Both the position numbers and the translations under genes were made by a program. This document shows, piece by piece, positions 17,775 to 31,662 of a stretch of 64,000 nucleotides of DNA. Below the pieces are notes generated by a model that was given only the letters and a program-made list of their open reading frames with translations, had not been told where the DNA came from and ran no database searches. Within the stretch, counting starts at the first letter, position 1; the number at the start of each line of letters is the position of its first letter. Origin of the DNA: the human T2T-CHM13v2.0 reference genome, Homo sapiens. Where the stretch lies: assembly GCF_009914755.1 (NCBI RefSeq), contig NC_060927.1; one strand, given 5' to 3'.

Positions 17775-20100
17775 TTATTCTGTACATAAAATAACAAAGT
17801 ACACCAGATATATATTTTATAGTGTACATAAAATATGAAATTACCCAAACTATACATTACATACTGTACATAAAATATGGAATTACATCAAATATATATT
17901 ATATTAGGTACGTAAAATATGAAAGTACATCAAATATAGATTATATACCATACATAAAATATAAAGGAACCCCAAATATATATGATATACTGTACATGAA
18001 ATATCAAAGTTCACAAACTATATATTATATACTGTACATAAAATATCAATGTACCCAAGGTATATATTCTATAGTGTACAAAAAATATCAAAGTACCCAA
18101 AGCAAGTATTATATACTGTACATAAAATATGAAAGTACATCAAATATATATTTTATACTCTACATAAAATAACAAAGTACACCAGATATATATTTTATAG
18201 TGTACATAAAATATGAAATTACCCAAACTATACATTAAATACTGTACATAAAATATGGAATTACATCAAATATATATTACATTAGGTACGTAAAATATGA
18301 AAGTACATCAAATATAGATTATATACCATACATAAAATATAAAGGATCCCAAAATATATATGATATTCTGTACATGAAATATCAAAGTTCACAAACTATA
18401 TATTATATACTGTAGATAAAATATCAAAGTACCCAAGGTATATATTCTATACTGTAAAAAAAATATCAAAGTACCCAAAGCATGTATTATATACTGTACA
18501 TAAAATATGAAAGCACATCAAATATATATTATATTAGGTACATAAAATATGAAAGTACATAAAATATAGATGATATACTGTACATAAAATATCAAAGTAG
18601 CCCAAATATATATTATACAGTGTACATAAAATATCAAAATTTACAAAATATATATTATATAATGTACATAAAATATCAAAGTACCCAAAGCAAGTATTAT
18701 ATACTGTACATAAAAGATGAAAGTACATCAAATATATATTTTATTCTGTACATAAAATATCAAAGTACACCAGATATATATTTTATAGCGTACATAAAAT
18801 ATCAAGGTACCCAAACTATACATTATATACTGTAGATAAAATATGGAATTACATCAAATATATATTATATTAGGTACGTAAAATATGTAAGTACATCAAA
18901 TATAGATTATATACCATACATAAAATATAAAGGAACCCCAAATATATTTGATATACTGTACATGAAATATCAAAGTTCACAAACTATATATTATATACGG
19001 TAGATAAAATATCAAAGTACCCAAGGTATATATTCTATACTGTAAAAAAAATATCAAAGTACCCAAAGCATGTATTATATACTGTACATAAAATATGAAA
19101 GCACATCAAATATATATTGTATTAGGTACATAAAATATGAAAGTACATAAAATATAGATGATATACTGTACATAAAATATCAAAGTAGCCCAAATATATA
19201 TTATACAGTGTACATGAAATATCAAAATTTACAAAATATATGTTATATAATGTACATAAAATATCAAAGTACCCAAAGCAAGTATTATATACTGTACATA
19301 AAAGATGAAAGTACATCAAATATATATTTTATTCTGTACATAAAATATCAAAGTACACCAGATATATATTTTATAGTGTACATAAAATATCAAGGTACCC
19401 AAACTATACATTATATACTGTACATAAAATATGAAATTACATCAAATATATATTATATTAGGTACGTAAAATATGAAAGTACATCAAATATAGATTATAT
19501 ACTGTACATAATATATAAAAGAACCCCAACTATATATTATATACTGTACATGAAATATCAAAATACACAAACTATATATTATATACTGTACATAAAATAT
19601 CAAAGTACCCAAGGTATATATTCTATACTGTACAAAAAATATCAAAGTACCCAAAGCATGTATTATATACTGCACATAAAATATGAAAGTACATCAAATA
19701 TATATTTTATTCTGTACATAAAATAACAAAGTACACCAGATATATATTTTATAGTGTACATAAAATATGAAATTACCCAAACTATACATTACATACTGTA
19801 CATAAAATATGGAATTACATCAAATATATATTATATTAGGTACGTAAAATATGAAAGTACATCAAATATAGATTATATACCATACATAAAATATAAAGGA
19901 ACCCCAAATATATATGATATACTGTACATGAAATATCAAAGTTCACAAACTATATATTATATACTGTACATAAAATATCAATGTACCCAAGGTATATATT
20001 CTATAGTGTACAAAAAATATCAAAGTACCCAAAGCATGTATTATATACTGTACATAAAATATGAAAGTACATCAAATATATATTTTATTCTGTACATAAA
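16268..20100 (+). repeat. 1,932-bp (46-monomer) super-repeat, 14+14+9+9 monomers, two copies
   Basis: ORF pairs 16602/18534, 16688/18620, 17190/19122 and 17822/19754 are 1932 apart. Both copies share the variant atatcaatgtacccaagg...ctatagtgtacaaaa (~18050 and ~19980). Confidence 0.8.
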
Positions 20101-23100
20101 ATATCAAAGTACACGCAATATATATTCTATACTGTACATAAAATATAAAAGTACCCAAACTATACATTACATCCTTTACATAAAAGATGAGATTACATCA
20201 AAAATATATTATATTAGGTACGTAAAATATGAAAGTACATCAAATATAGATTATATGCTGTACATAAAATACCAAAGTACCCCAAATATATATTTTATAC
20301 TGTACATGAAATATCAAAGTTCTCAAACTATATATTATATACTGTACATAAAATATCCAAGTACCCAAGGTATATATTCTATACTGTACAAAAAATATCA
20401 AAGTACCCAAAGCATGTATTATATGCTGTACATAAAATATGAAAGTACATCAAATATATATTTTATTCTGTACATAAAATATCAAAGTACACCAAATATA
20501 TATTCTATACTGTACATAAAATATCAAAATACCCAAACTATACAGTATATACTGTACATAAAATATGAAATTACATCAAATATATATTATATTAGGTACA
20601 TAAAATATGAAAGTACATCAAATATAGATTATATACTGTACATAAAATATCAAAGTACCCAAATATATTTTATATACTGTACATGAAATATCAAAGTTCA
20701 CAAACTATATATTATATACTGTACATAAAATATCAAAGTACCCAAGGTATATATTCTATACTGTACAAAAAATATCAAAGTACCCAAAGCATGTATTATA
20801 TACTGTACATAAAATATGAAAGTACATCAAATATATATTTGATTCTGTACATAAAATAACAAAGTACACCAGATATATATTTTATAGTGTACATAAATTA
20901 TCAAAGTACCCAAACTATACATTACATGCTGTACATAAAATATGAAATGATATCAAATATATATTATATTAGGAACATAAAATATGAAAGTACAACAAAT
21001 ATAGATTATTAACTGTACATAAAATATCAAAGAACCCCAAATATATATTATATACTGTACATGAGATATCAAACTTCACAAACTATATATTATATAGTGT
21101 ACATAAAATATCAAAGTACCCAAGGTATATATTCTATACTGTACAAAAAATATCAAAGTACCCAAAGCATGTATTATATACTGTACATAAAAGATGAAAG
21201 TACATCAAATATATATTTTATTCTGTACATAAAATATCAATGTACACCAGATATATATTTTATAGTGTACATAAAATATCAATGTACCCAATCTATACAT
21301 TATATACTGTACATGAAATATGAAATTACATCAAATATATATTATATTAGGTACCTAAAATATGAAAGTACATCAAATATAGATTATTAACTGTACATAA
21401 AATATCAAAGAACCCCAAATATATATTATATACTGTACATGAAATATCAAAGTTCACAAACTATATATTATATACTGTACATAAAATATCAAAGTACCCA
21501 AGGTATATATTCTATACTATACAAAAAATATCAAAGTACCCAAAGCATGTATTATATACTGTACATAAAATATGAAAGTACATCAAATATATATTTTATT
21601 CTGTACATAAAATATCAAAGTACACCAGATATATATTCTATAGTGTACATAAAATATCAAAGTACCCAAACTATACATTATATACTGTACATAAAATATG
21701 AAATTACATCAAATATATATTATATTAGGTACATTAAATACGAAAGTACATCAAATATAGATTATATACTGTACATAAAATATGAAAGTACCCCAATATA
21801 TATTATATACTCTACATGAAATATCAAAGTTCACAAACTATATATTATGTACTGTACATAAAATATCAAACTACCCAAGGTATATATTCTATACTGTACA
21901 AAAAATATCAAAGTACCCAAAGCATGTATTATATAATGTACATAAAATATGAAAGTACATCAAATATATATTTTATTCTGTACATAAAATATCAAAGAAC
22001 ACCAGATATATATTCTATAGTGTACATAAAATATCAAAGTACCCAAACTATACATTATATACTGTACATAAAATATGAAATTACAGCAAATATATATTAT
22101 ATTAGGTACATAAAATATGAAAGTACATCAAATATAGATTATATACTGTACATTAAATACCAAAGTACCCCAAATATATATTTTATACTCTACATGAAAT
22201 ATCAAAGTTCACAAACCATATATTATATACTGTACATAAAATATCAAAGTACCCAAGGTATATATTCTATACTGTACAAAATATATCAAAGTATCCAAAG
22301 CATGTATTATACACTGTACATAAAATATGAAAGTACATCAAATATGTATATTATTCTGTACCTAAAACATCAAAGTACACCAGATATATATTTTATAGTG
22401 TACATAAAATATCAAAGTACCCAAACTATACATTATATACTGTACATAAAATATGAAATTACATCAAATATATATTATATTATGTACATAAAATATGAAA
22501 GTACATCAAATATAGATTATTAACTGTACATAAAATATCAAAGTACCCCAAATATATATTATATAGTGTACATGAAATATCAAAGTTCACAAACTATTTA
22601 TTATATACTGTACATAAAATATCAAAGTACCCAAGGTATATATTCTATACTGTACAAAAAATATCAAAGTACCCTAAGCATGTATTATATACTGTACATA
22701 AAATATGAAAGTACATCAAATATATATTTTATTCTGTACATAAAATATCAAAGTACACCACATATATATTTTATAGTGTACATAAAATATCAAAGTACCC
22801 AAACTATACATTATATACTGTACATAAAATATGAAATTACATCAAATATATATTATATTAGGTACATAAAATATGAAAGTACATAAAATATAGATGATAT
22901 ACTGTACATAAAATATCAAAGTAGCCCAAATATATATTATACAGTGTACATGAAATATCAAAATTTACAAAATATATATTATATAATGTACATAAAATAT
23001 CAAAGTAACCAAAGCAAGTATTATATACTGTACATAAAACATGAAAGTACATCAAATATATATTTTATTCTGTACCTAAAATATCAAAGTACACCAGATA

Positions 23101-23958
23101 TATATTCTATAGTGTACATAAAATATAAAAGTACTCAAACTATACATTATATACTGTACATAAAATATGAAATTACATCAAATATATATTATATTAGGTA
23201 CGTAAAATATGAAAGTACATCAAATATAGATTATATATTGTGCATAAAATATAAAAGTACCCCAAATATATATTATATACTGTACATGAAATATCAAAAT
23301 ACACAAACTATATATTATATACTGTACATAATATATCAAAGTACCCAAGGTATATGTTCTATGCTGTACAAAAAATATCAAAGTACCCAAACCATGTATT
23401 ATATACTGTACATAAAATATGAAATTACAACAAATATATATTTTATTCTGTACATAAAATATCAAAGTACATCAGATATATATTTTATAGTGTACATAAA
23501 ATATCAAATTACCGAAACTATACATTATATCGTGTACATAAAATATGAAATTACATCAAATATATATTATATTAGGTACATAAAATATGAAAGTACATCA
23601 AATATAGATTATTAACTGTACATAAAATATCAAAGTACCCCAAATATATATTATATACTGTACATGAAATATCAAATTTCACAAACTATATATTATATAC
23701 TGTAGATAAAATATCAAAGTACCCAAGGTATATATTCTATACTGTACAAAAAATATCAAAGTACCCAAAGCATGTATTATATACTATACATAAAATATTA
23801 AAGTACATCAAATATATATTTTATCCTGTAAATAAAATATCAAAGTACACGAGATATATATTTTATAGTGTACATAAAATATCAAAGTACCCAAACTATA
23901 TATTATATACTGTACATAAAATATGAAATTACATCAAATATATATTATATTAGGTACC
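20101..23958 (+). repeat. Diverged transition zone of mostly 9-mer units rich in private variants
   Basis: Many singleton substitutions (e.g. acacgcaata ~20111, atcctttaca ~20171, accgaaacta ~23511). The marker gattattaactg recurs. No long near-identical copy of this zone is present in the window. Confidence 0.7.
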
Positions 23959-26187
23959 TAAAATATGAAAGTACATCAAATATAGATTATTAACTGTACA
24001 TAAAATATCAAAGAACGCCAAATATATATTATATACTCTACATGAAATATCAACGTTCGCAAACTATATATTATATACTGTAGATAAAATATCAAAGTAC
24101 CCAAGGTATATATTCTATACTGTACAAAATATATCAAAGTATCCAAAGCATGTATTATACACTGTACATAAAATATGAAAGTACATCAAATATGTATATT
24201 ATTCTGTACCTAAAACATCAAAGTACACCAGATATATATTTTATAGTGTACATAAAATATCAAAGTACCCAAACTATACATTATATACTGTACATAAAAT
24301 ATGAAATTACATCAAATATATATTATATTAGGTACCTAAAATATGAAAGTACATCAAATATAGATTATTAACTGTACATAAAATATCAAAGTACCCCAAA
24401 TATATATTATATAGTGTACATGAAATATCAAAGTTCACAAACTATATATTATATACTGTACATAAAATATCAAAGTACCCAAGGTATATATTCTATACTG
24501 TGCAAAAAATATCAAAGTACCCAAAGCATGTAATATACTGTACATAAAATATAAAAGTACTTCAAATATATATTTTATTCTGTACATAAGATATCAAAGT
24601 AAACCGAATATATATTCTATACTGTACATAAAATATCAAAGTACCCAAACTATACATTATATAGTGTACATAAAATATGAAATTACATAAAAATATATTA
24701 TATTAGGTACATAAAATATGAAAGTACATCAAATATAGATTATATACTGTACATAAAATATCAAAGTACCCCAAATATATATTATATACTGTACATGAAA
24801 TATCAAATTTCACAAACTATATTTTATATACTGTACATAAAATATGAATATACCCAAGGTACATATTCTATACTGTACAAAAAATATCAAAGTACCCAAA
24901 CCATGTATTATATACTGTACATAAAATATGAAATTACATCAAATATATATTATATTAGGTACATAAAATATGAAAGTACATCAAATATAGATTATATACT
25001 GTACATAAAATATCAAAGTACCCCAAATATATATTATATACTCTACATGAAATATCAAAGTTCACAAACTATATATTATGTACTGTACATAAAATATCAA
25101 AGTACCCAAGGTATATATTCTATACTGCACAAAAAATATCAAAGTACCCAAAGCATGTATTATATACTGTATATAAAATATGAAAGTACATCAAATATAT
25201 ATTTTATTCTGTACATAAAATATCAAAGTACACCAGATATATATTCTATAGTCTACATAAAATAACAAAGTACAAAAACTATAAATTATATACTGTACAT
25301 AAAATATGAAATTACATCAAATATATATTAGGTACATAAAATATGAAAGTACATCAAATATAGATTATACACTGTACATAAAATATCAATGTACCCCAAA
25401 TATATATTTTATACTTGACATGAAATATCAAAGTTCACAAACCGTATATTATTTACTGTACATAAAATATCAAAGTACCCAAGGTATATATTCTATACTC
25501 TACAAAAAATATCAAAGTACCCAAAGCATGTATTATATACTGTACAGAAAATATGAAACTACATCAAATATATTTTTTATTCTGTATATAAAATATCAAA
25601 GTACGCCAGATATATATTCTATAGTGTACATAAAATATCAAAGTACCCAAACTGTACATTATATACTGTACATAAAATATGAAATTACATCAAATATATA
25701 TTATATTAGGTACATAAAATATGAAAGTACATCAAATATAGATTATATACTGTACATAAAATATCAAAGTACACCAAATATATTTTATATACTGTACATG
25801 AAATATCAAAGTTCACAAACTATATATTATATACTGTACATAAAATATCAAAGTACCCAAGGTATATATTCTATACTGTACAAAAAATATCAAAGTACCC
25901 AAAGCATGTATTATATACTGTACATAAAATATGAAAGTACATCAAATATATATTTTATTCTGTACATAAAATATCAAAGTACACCAGATATATATTCTAT
26001 AGTGTACATAAAATAACAAAGTACACAAACCATAAATTATATACTGTACATAAAATATGACATTACATCAAATATATATTAGGTACATAAAATATGAAAG
26101 TACATCAAATATAGATTATATACTGTACATAAAATATCAATGTACCCCAAATATATATTTTATACTCTACATGAAATATCAAAGTTA

Positions 26188-29100
26188 ACAAACTATATAT
26201 TATATACTGTACATAAAATATCAAAGTACCCAAGGTATATATTCTATACTGTACAAAAAATATCAAAGTACCCAAAGCATGTATTATATACTGTACATAA
26301 AATATGAAAGTACATCAAATATATATTTTATTCTGTACATAAAATATCAAAGTACACCAGATATATATTCTATAGTGTACATAAAATATCAAAGTACCCA
26401 AACTATACCTTATATACTGTACATAAAATATGAAATTACATCAAATATATATTATATTAGGTACATAAAATATGAAAGTACATCAAATATAGATTATATA
26501 CTGTACATAAAATATCAAAGTACCCCAAATATATATTATATACTCTACATGAAATATCAAAGTTCACAAACTATATATTATATACTGTACATAAAATATC
26601 AAAGTACCCAAGGTATATATTCTATAATATACAAAAAATATCAAAGTACCCAAAGCGTGTATTATATACTGTATATAAAATATGAAATTACATCAAATAT
26701 ATATTTTATTCTATACATAAAATATCAAAGTACACCAGATATATATTCTACAGTGTACATAAAATATCAAAGTACCCATACTATACATTATATACTGTAC
26801 ATAAAATATGAAATTACATCAAATATATATTATATTAGGTACATAAAATACGAAAGTACATCAAATATAGATTATATACTGTACATAAAATATCAAAGTA
26901 CCCCAAATATATATTATACACTCTACATGAAATATCAAAGTTCACAAACTATATAGTATATACTGTACATAAAATATCAAAGTAACCAAGGTATATATTC
27001 TATACTGTACAAAAAATATCAAAGTACCCAAAGCATGTATTATGTACTGTATATAAAATATGAAAGTACATCAAATATATATTTTATTCTGTACATAAAA
27101 TATCAAAGTACACCAGATATATATTCTATAGTGTACATAAAATAACAAAGTACAAAAACTATAAATTATATACTGTACATAAAATATGAAATTACATCAA
27201 ATACATATTAGGTACATAAAATATGAAAGTACATCAAATATAGATTATATACTGTACATAAAATATCAATGTACCCCAAATATATATTTTATACTCTACA
27301 TGAAATATCAAACTTCAGAAACCATATATTGTATACTGTACATAAAATATCAAAATACCCAAGGTATATATTCTATACTGTACAAAAAATATCAAAGTAC
27401 CCAAAGCATGTATTATATACTGTACATAAAATATGAAAGTACATCAAATATATATTTTATTCTGTACATAAAATATCAAAGTACACCAGATATATATTCT
27501 ATAGTGTACATAAAATATCAAAGTACCCAAACTATACATTATATACTGTACATAAAATATGAAATTACATCAAATATGTATTATATTAGGTACACAAAAT
27601 ATGAAAGTACATCAAATATAGATTATATACTCTACATTAAATACCAAAGTACCCCAAATATATATTTTATACTGTACATGAAATATCAAAGTTCACAAAC
27701 TATATATTATATACTGTACATAAAATATCAAAGTACCCAAGGTATATATTCTATACTGTACAAAAAATATCAAAGTACCCAAAGCATGTATTATAAACTG
27801 TACATAAAATATGAAAGTACATCAACTATATATTTTATTCTGTACATAAAATATCAAAGTATACCAGAGATATATTCTATAGTGTACATAAAATATCAAA
27901 GTACCCAAACTATACATTATATACTGTACATAAAATATGAAATTACATCAAATATATATTATATTAGGTACATAAAATATGAAAGTACATCAAATATAGA
28001 TTATATACTGTACATAAAATATCAAAGTACCCAAATATATATTATATACTCTACAGATAATATCAAAGCTCACACACTATATATTATATACTGTACATAA
28101 AATATCAAAGTACCCAAGGTATATATTCTATACTGTACAAAAAATATCAAAGTACCCAAAGCATGTATTATATACGGTATGTAAAATATGAAATTACATC
28201 AAATATATATTTTATTCTGTACGTAAAATATCAAAGTACACCAGATATATATTCTATAGTGTACATAAAATAACAAAGTACACAAACTATAAATTATATA
28301 CTGTACATAAAATACGAAATTACATCAAATATATATTAGGTACATAAAATATGAAAGTAAATGAAATATAGATTATATACTGTACATAAAATATCAATGT
28401 ACCCCAAATATATATTATATACTCTACAGGAAATATCAAAGTTCACAAACCGTATATTATATACTGTACATAAAATATCAAAGTACCCAAGGTATATATT
28501 CTATACTGTACAAAAAATATCAAAGTACCCAAAGCATGTATTATATACTGTATATAAAATATGATAGTACATCAAATATATATTTTATTCTGTACATAAA
28601 ATATCAAAGTACACCAGATATATATTCTATAGTGTACATAAAATAACAAAGTACACAAACTATAAATTATATACTGTACATAAAATATGAAATTACATCA
28701 AATATATATTAGGTACATAAAATATGAAAGTACATCAAATATAGATTATATACTGTACATAAAATATCAAAGTAACCCAAATATATATTATATACTGTAC
28801 ATGAAATATCAAAGTTCACAAACTATATATTATATACTGTACATAAAATATCAAAGTACCCAAGGTATATATTCTATACTGTACAAAAAATATCAAAGTA
28901 CCCAAAGCATGTATTATATACTGTACATAAAATATGAAAGTACATCAAATATATATTTTATTCTGTACATAAAATATCAAAGTACACCAGATATATATTC
29001 TATAGTGTACATAAAATATCAAAGTACCCAAACTATACCTTATATACTGTACATAAAATATGAAATTACATCAAATATATATTATATTAGGTACATAAAA

Positions 29101-31662
29101 TATGAAAGTACATCAAATATAGATTATATACTGTACATAAAATATCAAAGTACCCCAAATATATATTATATACTCTACATGAAATATCAAAGTTCACAAA
29201 CTATATATTATATACTGTACATAAAATATCAAAGTACCCAAGGTATATATTCTATAATATACAAAAAATATCAAAGTACCCAAAGCGTGTATTATATACT
29301 GTATATAAAATATGAAATTACATCAAATATATATTTTATTCTATACATAAAATATCAAAGTACACCAGATATATATTCTACAGTGTACATAAAATATCAA
29401 AGTACCCATACTATACATTATATACTGTACATAAAATATGAAATTACATCAAATATATATTATATTAGGTACATAAAATACGAAAGTACATCAAATATAG
29501 ATTATATACTGTACATAAAATATCAAAGTACCCCAAATATATATTATACACTCTACATGAAATATCAAAGTTCACAAACTATATAGTATATACTGTACAT
29601 AAAATATCAAAGTAACCAAGGTATATATTCTATACTGTACAAAAAATATCAAAGTACCCAAAGCATGTATTATGTACTGTATATAAAATATGAAAGTACA
29701 TCAAATATATATTTTATTCTGTACATAAAATATCAAAGTACACCAGATATATATTCTATAGTGTACATAAAATAACAAAGTACAAAAACTATAAATTATA
29801 TACTGTACATAAAATATGAAATTACATCAAATACATATTAGGTACATAAAATATGAAAGTACATCAAATATAGATTATATACTGTACATAAAATATCAAT
29901 GTACCCCAAATATATATTTTATACTCTACATGAAATATCAAACTTCAGAAACCATATATTGTATACTGTACATAAAATATCAAAATACCCAAGGTATATA
30001 TTCTATACTGTACAAAAAATATCAAAGTACCCAAAGCATGTATTATATACTGTACATAAAATATGAAAGTACATCAAATATATATTTTATTCTGTACATA
30101 AAATATCAAAGTACACCAGATATATATTCTATAGTGTACATAAAATATCAAAGTACCCAAACTATACATTATATACTGTACATAAAATATGAAATTACAT
30201 CAAATATGTATTATATTAGGTACACAAAATATGAAAGTACATCAAATATAGATTATATACTCTACATTAAATACCAAAGTACCCCAAATATATATTTTAT
30301 ACTGTACATGAAATATCAAAGTTCACAAACTATATATTATATACTGTACATAAAATATCAAAGTACCCAAGGTATATATTCTATACTGTACAAAAAATAT
30401 CAAAGTACCCAAAGCATGTATTATAAACTGTACATAAAATATGAAAGTACATCAACTATATATTTTATTCTGTACATAAAATATCAAAGTATACCAGAGA
30501 TATATTCTATAGTGTACATAAAATATCAAAGTACCCAAACTATACATTATATACTGTACATAAAATATGAAATTACATCAAATATATATTATATTAGGTA
30601 CATAAAATATGAAAGTACATCAAATATAGATTATATACTGTACATAAAATATCAAAGTACCCAAATATATATTATATACTCTACAGATAATATCAAAGCT
30701 CACACACTATATATTATATACTGTACATAAAATATCAAAGTACCCAAGGTATATATTCTATACTGTACAAAAAATATCAAAGTACCCAAAGCATGTATTA
30801 TATACGGTATGTAAAATATGAAATTACATCAAATATATATTTTATTCTGTACGTAAAATATCAAAGTACACCAGATATATATTCTATAGTGTACATAAAA
30901 TAACAAAGTACACAAACTATAAATTATATACTGTACATAAAATACGAAATTACATCAAATATATATTAGGTTCATAAAATATGAAAGTAAATGAAATATA
31001 GATTATATACTGTACATAAAATATCAATGTACCCCAAATATATATTATATACTCTACAGGAAATATCAAAGTTCACAAACCGTATATTATATACTGTACA
31101 TAAAATATCAAAGTACCCAAGGTATATATTCTATACTGTACAAAAAATATCAAAGTACCCAAAGCATGTATTATATACTGTATATAAAATATGATAGTAC
31201 ATCAAATATATATTTTATTCTGTACATAAAATATCAAAGTACACCAGATATATATTCTATAGTGTACATAAAATAACAAAGTACACAAACTATAAATTAT
31301 ATACTGTACATAAAATATGAAATTACATCAAATATATATTAGGTACATAAAATATGAAAGTACATCAAATATAGATTATATACTGTACATAAAATATCAA
31401 AGTAACCCAAATATATATTATATACTGTACATGAAATATCAAAGTTCACAAACTATATATTATATACTGTACATAAAATATCAAAGTACCCAAGGTATAT
31501 ATTCTATACTGTACAAAAAATATCAAAGTACCCAAAGCATGTATTATATACTGTACATAAAATATGAAAGTACATCAAATATATATTTTATTCTGTACAT
31601 AAAATATCAAAGTACACCAGATATATATTCTATAGTGTACATAAAATATCAAAGTACCCAAA
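26188..31662 (+). repeat. 2,630-bp tandem duplication (7 units) nested in the macro-repeat; recurs at ~48604-54078
   Basis: ORF pairs 27186/29816, 28361/30991 and 28687/31317 are 2630 apart (7x378-16). Private variants are shared: tataccttat, aagcgtgt, ctacagataa, tacggtatgt. Confidence 0.9.

Larger units (their letters stand above)
1..20100 (+). repeat. Array domain A: variant subfamily mixing 9-mer, 14-mer and 15-mer units
   Basis: Most units share ggtacgtaaaa, ataccatacat, aaaggaacccc, atatgatata, tatggaattac, ctgtagataaaa and aataacaaagtacaccag. Most of these markers disappear after ~19.9-20.2 kb. The right boundary is approximate. Confidence 0.85.
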
